64,000 bases of DNA from Candidatus Eiseniibacteriota bacterium (GTDB lineage Bacteria; Eisenbacteria; RBG-16-71-46; JABDJR01). Of this stretch, positions 38,942 to 50,577 are shown piece after piece (position 1 is the stretch's first letter; every line of letters begins with the position of its first letter). Where the stretch lies: NCBI GenBank assembly GCA_963762255.1, contig CAVXKA010000002.1:224001-288000 (forward strand), written 5' to 3'. The position numbers were made by a program, and so were the translations under genes. A model generated the notes under the pieces. The model made no database searches. It was not told the DNA's origin and saw only the letters and a list, made by a program, of their open reading frames with translations.

Positions 38942-40822
38942 TTACGTTGAGTCCATCCAGCGCCTGTACCAAATCTGAAACGCCAACAGGCACCAGACCT
39001 GCCGCCGCGCGGAAATCTCCCCGGTATCGAGCCGCTTGAGCAGCCCGGACACGGTGCGCGGATCGAACAAGCCATGGTGCCTCAACTCGGATGGGTCGAG
39101 ATGTTCGGCGACCATCGGCCGCAGATCACCCGCGAGCCAGCGTTTGAGCGGCACCGCGAACCCGCGTTTCGGCCGATCGACCAATTCGCGCGGGACATGC
39201 CGGAAGAGGATCTTCTTGAGTAGGTGCTTGGGGCCCAACTCCGCGACGTGCATGCTCGGCGGCAACGAGAACGCGAACTCCGCGATGCGATGATCCAGCA
39301 GCGGCTCGCGTCCCTCGATGCTCGTCGCCATCGTCGCACGGTCGACCTTGGCCAGGACATCGCCCGGCAAGTAGTTCACCAGATCCCAACGGCGCATGAT
39401 CTCCAGAGCCGACCCGGGGTATACGTCCGCCAGCGCACGGGTCGGGTCGCCGCAACCGGTCAACGCACGCAGCTCGATATCGTCGAAATGGGCCCGGGCA
39501 CGGTCGAACAGCACTCCGAGGGTCGGGGCGTCCCCGAGTCGCCCCATGCGACCGACGCGATTGATCCATGGCGAGGTCGTGCGACCCGAGATGCCGCTTC
39601 CGCGGATACCGCGGGCCACGAGGGCGCGCACAAAGTGCGGAAGTCGCTGCGCCCGACCCCACTGGTCCAGCATCGTCCCGTAGATGTTGTAGCCCGCGAA
39701 CAGCTCGTCCCCCCCGTCCGCGGAAAGGACCACCTTGACGTGCTCGGCGGCCACTTGGGACACCATCAGGGTGGGGATGCCTGACTCGTCGGCGAACGGT
39801 TCATCGTAGAGATCGCCCCAGCGCGGCAAGACGAGCTTCGCGTCGTCGATCTTGAGGATGCGCGTGTGGTGTTCGGTACCGAGATGCCGGGCGACCTCGG
39901 CGGCGTAGGGCGACTCGTCGTATTCAGGAACGTCGAAGCCGATCGTATACGTCTTGATGCGCTGGCCGCCGTGGCGTTGGAGCAGTGCCGCCAGGAGCGA
40001 CGAATCCACACCCCCCGACAGGTACACCCCCACAGAGACGTCGGAGATCATGCGCAGCCTGAACGCATCGATGAGCAACGACTCGAGTTCCTCCTCGACG
40101 GCCGCCTCCGACATTCCGGCGCGGCGTCCGACGTGGTCGGACACGTTCCAGTAGGGCGCCACGGCGAGTTCGCCGCGCGCGTCGAGCTTCAGCGCATGAC
40201 CAGGAGGCAGCTTGAAGGTGTTGCGGTAGATCGCGCGCGGCGCGTTGATGTACCCATAGCGCAGATAGTCCGTGAGGGCTTCGCGATCGACCTCGGGTTT
40301 CTCGTCGGCGAAGGCGCGCAGCGCCCGAAGCTCCGACCCGAAGAGCATTGTCAGGCCGTCCCAGCGGTAGTAGAGCGGCTTGACCCCGAGCCGGTCGCGC
40401 AGAAGATGCAGCTCCTTGCTCGGCTTGTGCCACAGCGCGATGGCGAACATCCCGATGAAGCGAGTTACCGCGGCCGGACCCCATTCCGCGAAGGCCTCGA
40501 GAATCACTTCCGAGTCGCCGGTGCCTGTGAACCGATGCCCGAGCGATTCGAGATCCGCTCGGATCCGCTGGAAGTTGTAGACCTCGCCGTTGTACACCAT
40601 GACCCACCGGCCGCAGGCCGAGGTCATGGGTTGATGGCCGTGGTCGCTCAAGTCGATGATGGAGAGGCGCCGGTGTCCCAGGCCGACGCGGTCGATCTCG
40701 TCGGTCCATAGCCCTTCGTCGTCCGGACCGCGATGACGCAGTGCGGCCGTCGCCGCGCGGAGCTGCTCGATGGAGAACCGGGCAGGGCCGCGAACCGTCA
40801 GATGACCGACTATTCCGCACAC
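38942..40822 (-). CDS. asnB: Asparagine synthase (glutamine-hydrolysing)-family amidotransferase
   Basis: GTG-CGI N-terminus (catalytic Cys2), HRGPD, GHRRLSIID, LSGGVDSS, SADGGDELFAGY. Confidence 0.92.
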   Translation of the reverse strand: MCGIVGHLTVRGPARFSIEQLRAATAALRHRGPDDEGLWTDEIDRVGLGHRRLSIIDLSDHGHQPMTSACGRWVMVYNGEVYNFQRIRADLESLGHRFTGTGDSEVILEAFAEWGPAAVTRFIGMFAIALWHKPSKELHLLRDRLGVKPLYYRWDGLTMLFGSELRALRAFADEKPEVDREALTDYLRYGYINAPRAIYRNTFKLPPGHALKLDARGELAVAPYWNVSDHVGRRAGMSEAAVEEELESLLIDAFRLRMISDVSVGVYLSGGVDSSLLAALLQRHGGQRIKTYTIGFDVPEYDESPYAAEVARHLGTEHHTRILKIDDAKLVLPRWGDLYDEPFADESGIPTLMVSQVAAEHVKVVLSADGGDELFAGYNIYGTMLDQWGRAQRLPHFVRALVARGIRGSGISGRTTSPWINRVGRMGRLGDAPTLGVLFDRARAHFDDIELRALTGCGDPTRALADVYPGSALEIMRRWDLVNYLPGDVLAKVDRATMATSIEGREPLLDHRIAEFAFSLPPSMHVAELGPKHLLKKILFRHVPRELVDRPKRGFAVPLKRWLAGDLRPMVAEHLDPSELRHHGLFDPRTVSGLLKRLDTGEISARRQVWCLLAFQIWYRRWMDST

Positions 40823-41027
40823 GGCGGTGGTCTCCTCCATCCCCGGCCGGGTATCGGACAACGGGCGGGCCGGACGCGCGGAGAAGTGTACCCACTGCGT
40901 CCCGCTTCCCGGTATGGAATCCGACCGCAGACCGGCCGGGCGCCCCGCCGCCGGTGCTTGACATGCGCCACAAACTTACTGAATATGAACGACTTACCGG
41001 ACAATCCTCTCACCCCGGCGAGGCGCC

Positions 41028-42504
41028 TTGAGCCACCAGCACAGCTCGCAGTTCCTCCGCGGACTGCTCACCCTCACCTTGAGCCGCTACCTCGTCCGGG
41101 CCCTGGGTTTGCTGAAGGGGCTCTTGGTGGCGCGCCTCCTGGGCCCCGAACTCTACGGGCTTTTCGGCCTGCTCTCCGTGTTCTTCGGTTACAGCGGGTA
41201 TGCCGATCTCGGCCTCTTTGGGGGGCTCACCAAGACCCTCCCCGTGCACCTCGCCCGCGGCGAACACGATTCCATGCTCAAGACAGAGCGCGTGGGGTTC
41301 GGTGGCGTCACCGCCTTCACCACGCTCTTTGCAGCGGCCATGTTCCTGCTGCTCTGGTGGAGAGGCACCGCCCCCGTCGCTACGCTTCTCGCCCTGAGCC
41401 TCGGCATGGTGGCCCAGCAATTCTTCAAGCAGATCACGGTCCTCCTGCGCGCGCGGAACCGCATCGGCGAGGCGGCCTTCGCGTTCAGTCTGCTCCAGTT
41501 CTTCGACATCCTCCTCGTGCTCGCGCTGGTGGTTCCGCTCCGGCTCACAGGGGTCTTCCTGGGCCAGGCGCTGGCCTTCCTCGCTGCGACGGTCGTCCTG
41601 GTCCGGCGCAGCCGCTTCAGCCTGCGCATGAGCTGGGACTCGCGGCTGGTGGCGCGGCTCGTGGGTTCGGGGTTTCCTCTCGTCGTCTCGACGCTGACGT
41701 TCCTGATGCTGCAGACGGTGGACCGGTTCCTCATCGCCGGGCAATTGGACAAGATTGCCCTCGGGCACTATATGATCGGCGTGTTCTGCGCATCCACGGT
41801 GTACTACATCCCCCAGAGTCTCGAGTACGTGCTCTTCCCGAGTTTCCGCGAGAAGCTCGCGGGCCTCGCACCCGGTGCGCTTCCTCCACCGCGCTACATC
41901 GAGTTTCCCACGCGGATGCTCTCCTATGTGCTTCCCCCCTTCACCGCCGCGATCTTCCTCGGCATCCCGCTGATCGGGGCGCTGCTCCCCGACTACATTC
42001 CGGGGCTCGGAGAGCGCGCGTATCCTGGTCATGGGAACGTTCTTTCTCTCGCTGGTGACGAGCGCCACCACCTTCCTCATCGCCGCAGATCGGCACTGGA
42101 CGCTCATGGGGGTGCAGGCCGGAGCGGTGCTCGTCGACCTCGGTCTCGTTTGGACCTCGCTTCATGCCGGCTACGGAATCGAGGGGGTCGCGACGGCCAC
42201 CGCGACGAGCTACTTCGTCTACGCCACTGCGGCCCTCGTCCTCGCCTACCGTTACCTACGCTTCGACCCGGGGAGTATCCCGCGACGGCTGGCCGCGCTC
42301 TACCTCCCCTTCGCCTACACGCTCGTGGTGGCGCTCGCGGTGAACTGGTGGGCGATCCTCGATGTCGGGAGCGTGATCGGAACCGTGGCCTTGCGCGAGG
42401 TCGTGTTCCTGATCGGGCTCGTGCCGGGTCTCTGGTTGTTGCAGCGCACGACCGGCGCGGTGAGCGAGATGGTCTCGATGCTGCGCGGAGCAAGGCGATC
42501 GTGA
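41028..42504 (+). CDS. Wzx-type oligosaccharide flippase, 1-bp frameshift near 42010
   Basis: VARLLGPELYG, DLGL, DRFLI..LG-x-Y; hydrophobic C-terminal half continues in the 42031..42504 frame. Confidence 0.8.
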
Positions 42505-43694
42505 GCGCGCCCTCCGTGCTCATGCTGATCCAGCGCTTCCGGCCCCTCTTCACAGGACACGGACTGCAAATCGAGGGGCTTGCCCGCGATCTCCACGCTC
42601 GCGGTGCGCGCGTGGAGATCCTCACGCGCTGCACGGAGGGGGCGCCGAAGTTCGAGGAGGGTCCGATTCCGGTACGCCGGTTCGCGATGACTCCCACCAG
42701 CAATCCCGTCCGCCTGTGGTGGGATCATCGATCGCTCCTGCGCTATCTCCACCATGCCCGCCACGACTTTGACATTCTCCATGTGCATGGAGCGCCTCCC
42801 GGGTTGCCGTTCCTCATCGGCGCTGCCCGCGAGGCGGGTCTCCGAACGGTGATCACGACGACGCTCCTCGGTTCCGACGATCCCCTCACCCTTCGCGGCC
42901 TCGGGCGGCTGGCTCGCTGGCGGTTCAACGCCTACCGTAGCGCCGACCGGTTCGTGGCCATCTGCCCCGCGTTGGCGGACACCTTCCCGCGCGCGGGCCT
43001 CGACACCGCGCGCGTCCGCCACATTCCGGTGGGGGTCTCGGTGGAGCGCTTCCATCCCGCCGCCGACACCGATGCTGCGGCGGCGGAATTGGGCTGGCCC
43101 ACCGATGTGCCCCGCGCTCTCTTCGTCGGTGCCGTGCTGCGGCGAAAGGGCGTGGACGTGCTCCTGGATGCCTGGGAACGGGTGCTGGCCGAGCTGCCCG
43201 CTGCGCGGCTCTTCATCGCCGGACCGCTCACGCTTCCAGGGCCGGGCGAAGCCGAGACCGCCGCTTTCGCACAGGCGTGCAGGGCTCGCGCCGAGCGCCC
43301 ACCGCTCGCCGGGCGCGTGCAGTTCCTGGGTTCTCGGGACGACACCTCCGCGCTCTACCGCGGCGCGCATGTCTTTCTGTTCCCGTCCCGCTTCGAAGGT
43401 TTTCCCAACGTCTTGTTGGAAGCGATTGCGTCGGGCACACCACCGATCACCGCGCGCATCCCCGGCTCCACCGACGTGAGCGTGCGCGACGGAGAGACCG
43501 GCTTCGTGGTCGAGCAGGAGGATCCGGCGACCCTGGCAGCGCGAACGGTCGAGCTGTTGCGCGACGCCGCACTCCGTCGACGCTTCGCCCTGGCCGGCCG
43601 CGCCGATGCGGAGCGGCGCTACGCCATGCCGGTGATCGCGGAGGCGCATCTCGCGCTCTACCGCGAACTGCTCCAAGGCGAAGGAGGGCGCTGA
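42501..43694 (+). CDS. GT4 family glycosyltransferase
   Basis: GTG start overlapping the flippase stop; RKG, PSRFEGFPNVLLEA (EX7E). Confidence 0.9.
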   Translation: MSAPSVLMLIQRFRPLFTGHGLQIEGLARDLHARGARVEILTRCTEGAPKFEEGPIPVRRFAMTPTSNPVRLWWDHRSLLRYLHHARHDFDILHVHGAPPGLPFLIGAAREAGLRTVITTTLLGSDDPLTLRGLGRLARWRFNAYRSADRFVAICPALADTFPRAGLDTARVRHIPVGVSVERFHPAADTDAAAAELGWPTDVPRALFVGAVLRRKGVDVLLDAWERVLAELPAARLFIAGPLTLPGPGEAETAAFAQACRARAERPPLAGRVQFLGSRDDTSALYRGAHVFLFPSRFEGFPNVLLEAIASGTPPITARIPGSTDVSVRDGETGFVVEQEDPATLAARTVELLRDAALRRRFALAGRADAERRYAMPVIAEAHLALYRELLQGEGGR

Positions 43695-43697
43695 ACG

Positions 43698-46186
43698 ATG
43701 CCGGTGGATTGGGCGTCCGCGGCGCGGTTCCTCCTCGCCGTCGCGATCTGGCTCCTCCCCGGTTGGGCGTTGGCGCGGGCGCTGTTTCGCGACCGGGACC
43801 CGCTCGCGCGCGTGTCGTTCGCGGCCGCCGCCGCGATTGCCGCCTCCACCCTGCTCGCTTTCCTCGCCTACCTGCTGCATGTCTCCGCCGGCCGACTTCA
43901 CCTCATCCTCTGGGGCGCGGCGGGAGCTGCGGGGATGTATCTCTTGCTCACCGCGCGCCGATCCGGAGGCAAGCCGCTTGCCGACGAGGACAACGCCACA
44001 CCCGGGTTCCTAACCCGCGCCGCCGCGTACGTCTCGCTCGGCGTTCTCGCCATCGCCGGCTTCCGCGGCGGGGCCACGATGCGCTTCACCGGCGACGGCC
44101 CCGATCACGTCGGCACGATCCGCGAGATCATGGCCTCGGGATTCTTCTTCCCCACCGAGGCGTTTCATGTCGGGGCGGGGATCCTCGGCGCGGACTTCCG
44201 CAAGGGCCTGCTCCATCCGGTGTATGCTGCGCTCTGTACGATCTCGGGACTCGATCCCGTCGATCTGTGGGCGCTGTTGCCGGTCGTCACCGCGCCGTTT
44301 CTCTTCGCAGCCGGCTACCTCTTCCTGCGGGGGCTGCGCCTTCGCCCCGCGTGGTCGGTGGCGGGTGCGTGGATCCTTCTGCTCACCTGGAACCACGGCC
44401 TCGGCAGCGGACTCCTCAGCTTCTCGCCTTACCCCAACCACGTGGGCGAAGGGATGTACTGGGCCGCCGCGGGATCGCTGTTGATCGCGCTCGCCGGGGG
44501 CTGGCGCGGGCGCACGGGATCGGAAGGGTCGGTGCCTTCGCGCGCGCGTGCGGCGTCGCTACCCTTCTCTTCGGAGCGGTGGCGGTCCACGCCATGTACC
44601 TCGTGTTCCTCGCGCTCTTCGGCGCCCTCCTTCTCGCCGCGGTCCTCATCGTGCGGCGCGCCCCGCGTGAGGAGATCGGTTTTCTCTTCATCACCGCCGG
44701 CCTCACCGCGATTCCGCTCGTTCCATATCTTCTCGTGCGGCAGAGCATGTACGCGCCCGCGAACCCAATCCACACCGAGCTGCAAGGCATGCTTCTCCTG
44801 GGGGACGGCCGCTTCGTGGCCGATCCGCGACGCATCTGGAGCGACGCGGGTCTCCTCGGGCTCGTCGCCTATCCTCTCGCGCTGCTCACCCTCGGGCGGC
44901 GGTCGCGCGCCGACCTCGGCGCGTTCCTTGTCTTCTGGGGAGCGATCGCAGTGCTCTCCTTGACCTTCAACCCGTGGTTCGTGCCGATCGTGCAGAGGCA
45001 ACTCACCTACCTCGTCTTCCGTTTCTTCTGGTTCCTTCCCCCTGCAGCGGCGGCGCTGGTGGTCGCGAACGCCCTCGGCGCGACGGGCGCGGCCTTCTCG
45101 CGGCGCACGCGAGCCGCGATCATCGTCCTCCTCCTCCTGGGTTGCGCCCCGGCGGTGCGCTCCGCGATTCCCCCGAGCTGGCTCACCGAACCGGCGGCGC
45201 GGCGCGAGGCCCTCGTGAGTCCCCTTCCCTGGCGAGCGGCGATCAACGCATTGGCGGCGCAGCTTCCCGCGCGGGCGGTGGTGCTCACCGATCCGGTGAC
45301 GGGTTACGTTCTCCCCGCCCTCGGCGGGCTCAAGGCAACGGCCGTCCTCGACCAGCACTCGTCCCCCAACGATTCGCTCGCCATCGAGCGGATCGTCCAC
45401 GCACGGGACGTGTTGAGTCCGGCCGTGCCCCCCGAGGAGGCGGCACGGATCGCGCGCGCCAGCGGGGCCGCCTACGTTCTGGTGAATGGACGCTTTACCG
45501 AACCGACCCTCAGCTTGTACATGACGATGGACCCGCGTGCGCTCGCCGAGCGGCAGCGCCAGCTCGCGGGTTCCTCGGCGTGGGCGGAGGTGGCGCGCGA
45601 GGACGGCTTCGCGTTGTTCCGCCCGCTCGCGCCCCCCGCCGGCGCGGTGACGACATCGGACTCGACCGCCGCCGGGATGACCGCCTTCGCCGGCCCCGTG
45701 CTCTATCGCGCCGCAGGTCTCGCCCTCGTGCGCGCCAACGTGCGAGCCGAACGCGTGGCCCTAGGGGACAGCCTCGAGGTGGACTTGGCCTGGACGCTCG
45801 CCGCCGGACCGGTGGCTCCCGCGCCACGGCTCGCCACGATCCGGCTCGACGCCATAGACCGGCCCGGCCGGGAGTTCGCCGCCGGGAAGCTGGGGCGCAA
45901 GATCCTGGAGCGCGTCCGCGGCGTACGCTATCGCCACCGGGTGGACTGGATCCCCGGCGCCGGGACGGGAGCCTCGGCGCTTCCCTCAGACCGGTGGCGA
46001 CCGGGCATGGTGGAGGACGACCGCATCGTCGTGCAGGTACCGGCCGGACTCGCCCCAGGACGCTATGCGGTTTCGGTGGGAGTCGGGACCTTTCCGAACA
46101 TGCCGAACCACACGCTGGCCGACTACTTCACGGACCGGGACCTGTACTCGGGGGTTCCGGTGGACACCGTCACCGTGGTCGAGTAG
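43698..46186 (+). CDS. Large multi-pass membrane protein (GT-C-like) with soluble C-terminal domain; frameshift near 44496-44530
   Basis: TM-rich 43698 frame switches to the TM-rich 43277..46186 frame; loop motif GDGPDHVGTIREI. Confidence 0.65.
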
Positions 46187-46250
46187 CTCGAATCACTCCG
46201 GCGTTCTGGCGGCGAGCGTCAAGCTGCTCACCGCACGGAGCCGGGCGCGC

Positions 46251-48218
46251 CTACGACCGCGCCCCGCCAGGAATTCGGATCTCGAACACCCGCACCGTCC
46301 CCGCCGCGAAGACCGGGCGGTAGAGATCGCGTTGGGCCCTGAGACGATTGCCGATTCCCGGAAAATCGTTCTCCCTGGCCAGCACGTAGACCGGGGCGTG
46401 CAGCGCCCGAAGGGCGTCGAGCTGATCGAGGGTCAGCGAGCCCTCGTACACGTCATCCCGAAGCGCGCGGCGGCGCGCCATCTCGTCGACCGGATATCCC
46501 CATTGCTTCGCGTACGAGGGAATCCCCCAGTACTGCCGCCTGGGACCCCGTACGAGCACATCGGACCGATCGGCGGAGTCGATGAATACGGCGTCTGGAG
46601 GGGTCTCCTCGCCGATCCACTCGAACATCGCGCGTTCCTCCGCCGAAACCACCGGTGCTTTGGAATCCACCGCGAACACCGCCAGCATGATCGCGTTCTC
46701 CGGGATCAAGAAGAGACCCATGCCGACGATGAATGCCGCCCGCAGGCGGCGCGACCCGCGCAGGCGCTCCCAGACGAGCGGCACCCCGAGGCCTCCCGCC
46801 AACGCCAGCGGCACGAAGGCAACCGTCGTCAGCTTGTCATACTGGTTCGAATCGGGAAGCCGCCCGAAGATGCCGTAGGCCAGACATGCCGCGGCTGTGC
46901 CGAGAAAGAGCGTCGCGGCAGGCTCCCCCGATCTCCGCAGGCTTCTGATCGCCAGGATCGAGAGCAGCGCCACCCCCAGCAGGGAGACCGGCAGCGAAAG
47001 GACGTGGAGGGGCTCGAAGCCCAGGATTCCCTCCCCCGAACGCTCTCCGGGACGTATCGTCGCTATGAGGTACCGAAGGCAGACAGCGAGCGAGCCCGCG
47101 ACGAGTGCCGCCACGAAGAAACCGCGCCAGCGGGCACCGCGTGCGAAGAGGACGGTCACCCCACCTCCGAAGGCGAGCGCAGCCATGAGCGCGCCTCCCA
47201 CCACGACGTGCATGAGGATGGCGCCGGCGCCGGCCACCAGTTGCACTGCCGCGAAGCGCGGATGGCCCTCGCGCACGAGACGCACGCCCGCCTCCCAGGC
47301 GATGAGCGCCAGCAGGATGCTGTACGGCACTGCCGTCCCGGTGAGGAACTTGCGGAGCATGAAGGTCCTGCTGAAGAGCACCTGCAGCGTCTCGCTCACG
47401 TGCGGGATCGTGAACGGCGTCCAGGGCAGCATCCGCGCTGCCTCATCCATGCCCCGGACCTCACCCAGGAACACCGGCAGGATCTTGATCGGCAGGAAGA
47501 GCCCGCTGAGTCCTCCCATGCCCAGCAGTAAGAGGGCGCCACCCCAGGCCCCGGAGGCCGGGGTGAAGCCGAGGGCGATCCCGATCCGCGCCGCCATGAC
47601 CACGCATCCGACGGCGGCGACGATGTTGAGAAACGCCATCGCGTCCGGCGGGGTCATGCCGGTGGTTATCTGCAGCGCGATCAGGACCACGTGGAAGAAC
47701 CAGAAGTACTGGAGGGGCATCCCTGCGAAATAGGGATCGTCGGGAGGAATCCCCACCCGCTGGATCTCGGCAGCGACCGCGGTGTGGAACCATGCGTCCG
47801 ATCCCTGGCGCAACCACGGGTTCGCTACGAGAAGCGCGGCCACCACCGAAGCCAAGCCGAGACCGACGAGCCAGGCCCCGCGCCCAATGGTCTCTTCCTT
47901 CTCCGCTCGCCCCTCGGTCCAACGCATGACCACGAGCCCGAACCCCGTGCTCAAGACCGCTGCGTGCACCCAGACCGAGGGGTCCTGGTGTCGCAGATAA
48001 GCCAGCGCGGCCACCCCTCCCAGCAGGATCGGCGACAGTGCCGGCCCGATAATCCAGTCGCGCACGCGCGAACGCGGAGCGCCGGCGGCCAGCACCAGCG
48101 CCGGCCCGGGAAGCAGGAAGGCGCCGAGCACACCGGCAGGAGCGGCGAAGAGCGGCGGCAGCCACCCCCCCATGCGGGCCAAGTACCCGAGCAGCACCAG
48201 GATCAGGAAGAAAGTCAA
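46251..48218 (-). CDS. Multi-pass membrane protein, GT-C-like
   Basis: Many TMs; SDAWFH..EI..PPDDPYFAG..YFWFFH; C-terminal WIxxxTPPDAV periplasmic domain. Confidence 0.75.
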   Translation of the reverse strand: MTFFLILVLLGYLARMGGWLPPLFAAPAGVLGAFLLPGPALVLAAGAPRSRVRDWIIGPALSPILLGGVAALAYLRHQDPSVWVHAAVLSTGFGLVVMRWTEGRAEKEETIGRGAWLVGLGLASVVAALLVANPWLRQGSDAWFHTAVAAEIQRVGIPPDDPYFAGMPLQYFWFFHVVLIALQITTGMTPPDAMAFLNIVAAVGCVVMAARIGIALGFTPASGAWGGALLLLGMGGLSGLFLPIKILPVFLGEVRGMDEAARMLPWTPFTIPHVSETLQVLFSRTFMLRKFLTGTAVPYSILLALIAWEAGVRLVREGHPRFAAVQLVAGAGAILMHVVVGGALMAALAFGGGVTVLFARGARWRGFFVAALVAGSLAVCLRYLIATIRPGERSGEGILGFEPLHVLSLPVSLLGVALLSILAIRSLRRSGEPAATLFLGTAAACLAYGIFGRLPDSNQYDKLTTVAFVPLALAGGLGVPLVWERLRGSRRLRAAFIVGMGLFLIPENAIMLAVFAVDSKAPVVSAEERAMFEWIGEETPPDAVFIDSADRSDVLVRGPRRQYWGIPSYAKQWGYPVDEMARRRALRDDVYEGSLTLDQLDALRALHAPVYVLARENDFPGIGNRLRAQRDLYRPVFAAGTVRVFEIRIPGGARS

Positions 48219-48458
48219 CGAAGCGCTCCCTTCGCCTCACGCAAGGCCATGCGCGCGAGCAACCCGAACAGGATAAGGGTTCCGTAGAGCTGGAGCGATA
48301 CCAGGAGGACGAAGGGGGGGCGCTCGGCGAGCGCCCCCATACGATAAACGACGTCGAAAAAGAGAACGCCACCCCAGGCCAGGTCCGGCCAAGAGCGCCA
48401 AGCCGATCGCGATCAGGGCTCCCGCGCGCAGCCCGGCGCTGAGGGCGGATTCGGTCAT
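48215..48458 (-). CDS. Small membrane protein, frameshifted near 48375-48395
   Basis: GGAGGAG RBS, MTESALSAGLRAGALIAIGLAL then, in another frame, GGVLFFDVVYRMGALAERPPFVLLVSLQLYGTLILFGLLARMALREAKGALR* with TTGA overlap on the next gene. Confidence 0.5.
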
Positions 48459-48573
48459 GACTCCTCCGATGTCGGGCACGCGGAGTCGGCGATGCACATC
48501 GCCCGGATCCGCCTCACCTCGCGCCGAAAACGTGGGGTAAGCCGACGGCTGGATATAGTAGAATATGCCGCCC

Positions 48574-49599
48574 ATGAGTTCACGACCTGTTTCCGCGCGC
48601 AAGAAGGCCATGGTTACCGGTATCACCGGCCAGGACGGATCCTACCTCGCCGAGCTCCTCCTCAAGAAGGGCTACGACGTACACGGCTTGGTCCGCCGGG
48701 TCAGCGTATTCAATCGGCAGCGCATCGATGATCTCTACCCCGGTCCCCAGGCCGAGGGATCGCACTTCCAGCTCTACTACGCCGATGTCGCCGATTCCAA
48801 CGTGCTGACCTCCCTGGTATCCAAGCTCCAGCCCGACGAGATCTACAACCTCGCCGCCCAGAGCCATGTCCGGGTGAGCTTCGACATTCCGGAGTACACC
48901 GCCAACGTGACCGCGCTCGGCACGCTCCGGCTCCTGGAGGCGGTGCGTCTGGAAAGCCCGAAGTCGAAGTTCTACCAGGCGTCCTCGAGCGAGATGTTCG
49001 GCGCCGCCCCTCCCCGGCAGAGCGAGAGCACCCCGTTCGAGCCGCAGAGCCCGTACGGGGCGGCCAAGGTGTTCGCCCACCACGTCGGTAAGAACTACCG
49101 ATCCGGTTACGGTCTCTGGGTCTGCTCCGGCATCCTCTTCAATCACGAGTCGCCACGCCGTGGAGAGGCCTTCGTGTCGCGCAAGGTCACCCGCTCCGCC
49201 GCCCGCATCTCGCTGGGCCTGCAGGAGTACCTCTATCTCGGCAACATGGACGCCCGCCGCGATTGGGGCTACGCCCCCGAGTACGTGGAAGCGATGTGGC
49301 GGATCATGCAGCACGAGACACCCGACGATTTCGTGATCGCCACCGGCGAGTCCTTCACGGTGCGCGACCTCGTGGAACTCTCGTTCCAGCACGTGAACCT
49401 CGACTGGCGGAAGTACGTCAAGCTGGACGAGCGGTACCTGCGCCCCTCCGACGTGTGGCACCTGGAGGGCGACGCCTCCAAGGCACGCGAGGCGCTCGGG
49501 TGGGAGCACAAGACATCCTTCCGCGAACTCGTCCGGATCATGATGGAGGCCGATCTCCTCGCCGCACGCAAGGAGAAGGCTGCGCGCGAGACCTCTTGA
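48574..49599 (+). CDS. gmd: GDP-mannose 4,6-dehydratase
   Basis: TGITGQDGSYL, AQSHV, QASSSE, SPYGAAK, FNHESPRRG, RDWG. Confidence 0.95.
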   Translation: MSSRPVSARKKAMVTGITGQDGSYLAELLLKKGYDVHGLVRRVSVFNRQRIDDLYPGPQAEGSHFQLYYADVADSNVLTSLVSKLQPDEIYNLAAQSHVRVSFDIPEYTANVTALGTLRLLEAVRLESPKSKFYQASSSEMFGAAPPRQSESTPFEPQSPYGAAKVFAHHVGKNYRSGYGLWVCSGILFNHESPRRGEAFVSRKVTRSAARISLGLQEYLYLGNMDARRDWGYAPEYVEAMWRIMQHETPDDFVIATGESFTVRDLVELSFQHVNLDWRKYVKLDERYLRPSDVWHLEGDASKAREALGWEHKTSFRELVRIMMEADLLAARKEKAARETS

Positions 49600-50555
49600 T
49601 CACCTCGACGAGGTCTGCCGACTTCTGGCGCGGCAAGACGGTGCTCGTCACCGGGGGCGACGGCTTCCTGGGCGGGCATCTCACCGAGACACTCCACACC
49701 CGCGGCGTGAGCGCCGACCGCCTGCGTCTGCCGGTATTCCCCAACACCGACCTGCGCCGCCGCGAGGATTGTATCCAGGCCGTTCACGGCGCGCAGGTAG
49801 TCATCCACCTCGCGGCCAAGGTGGGCGGCATCGGGCTCAACAAGGAGCGCCCGGCCGAGCTGTTCTACGAGAACGCCCTCATGGGGCTTCAACTCATGGA
49901 AGAGGCGCGACTGGCCGGGGTCGAGAAGTTCGTCACCATCGGCACCACCTGCGAGTACCCCAAGGTCACGCCGGTCCCCTTTCGCGAGACCGCGCTCTGG
50001 GACGGCTATCCCGACGAGGTCACCGGTCCCTACGGTCTGGCCAAGAAGATGCTTCTCGTGCAGGCCCAGACCTACCGAGCCCAGTACGGGTTCAACTCGA
50101 TCCACTTGATCCCCACCAACCTCTACGGCCCGCGCGACCACTTCGACGAGGTGCACGGGCACGTGATCCCCTCCCTCATCAAGCGTTTCGTTGAGACGGC
50201 GGAATCCGGCGCGCCTGAAGTGACGGTCTGGGGCACGGGGCGCGCCACGCGCGAGTTCATCTACGTGGAGGATGCCGCGCTCGGAATCGCGCAGGCCGCT
50301 GAGGCCTATGACGAGCCCGACCCGGTAAACCTGGGCTCCGGCGTCGAGACGCCGATCCGCGAGCTGGTGGAGCGGGTAGCGGCCCTGACCGGTTTCACCG
50401 GCGCGATCCGCTGGGACGCTTCGAAGCCGGACGGGCAGCCGCGGCGGTCCCTCGATGTGTCCCGCGCCCGCGAGCGGTTCGGCTTCACCGCGAGCACGCC
50501 GCTCGACGAGGGGTTGCGCCGCACCGTGGCCTGGTACAGGGAGCACCGCTCATGA
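49596..50555 (+). CDS. fcl: GDP-L-fucose synthase family epimerase/reductase
   Basis: HLAAKVGGI, YGLAK, PTNLYGP-x-D, HVIP, WGTG..REF, KPDGQPR; TTG start overlapping the gmd stop. Confidence 0.9.
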   Translation: MITSTRSADFWRGKTVLVTGGDGFLGGHLTETLHTRGVSADRLRLPVFPNTDLRRREDCIQAVHGAQVVIHLAAKVGGIGLNKERPAELFYENALMGLQLMEEARLAGVEKFVTIGTTCEYPKVTPVPFRETALWDGYPDEVTGPYGLAKKMLLVQAQTYRAQYGFNSIHLIPTNLYGPRDHFDEVHGHVIPSLIKRFVETAESGAPEVTVWGTGRATREFIYVEDAALGIAQAAEAYDEPDPVNLGSGVETPIRELVERVAALTGFTGAIRWDASKPDGQPRRSLDVSRARERFGFTASTPLDEGLRRTVAWYREHRS

Positions 50556-50577
50556 CCGATCACGAGCGAGGCCGGGC

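Noticed and set aside
40958-40997. TTGACA plus AT-rich tract upstream of the flippase (similar tract at 61875-61915), possible promoter or IHF site
   Set aside because: No convincing -10 at proper spacing and only partial match to the IHF consensus; not supportable from sequence alone.
41028-43694. 888-aa flippase-GT4 fusion in the ORF track
   Set aside because: The linker is out-of-frame sequence; the real flippase C-terminus is in frame 42031..42504 and GT4 has its own GTG at 42501.
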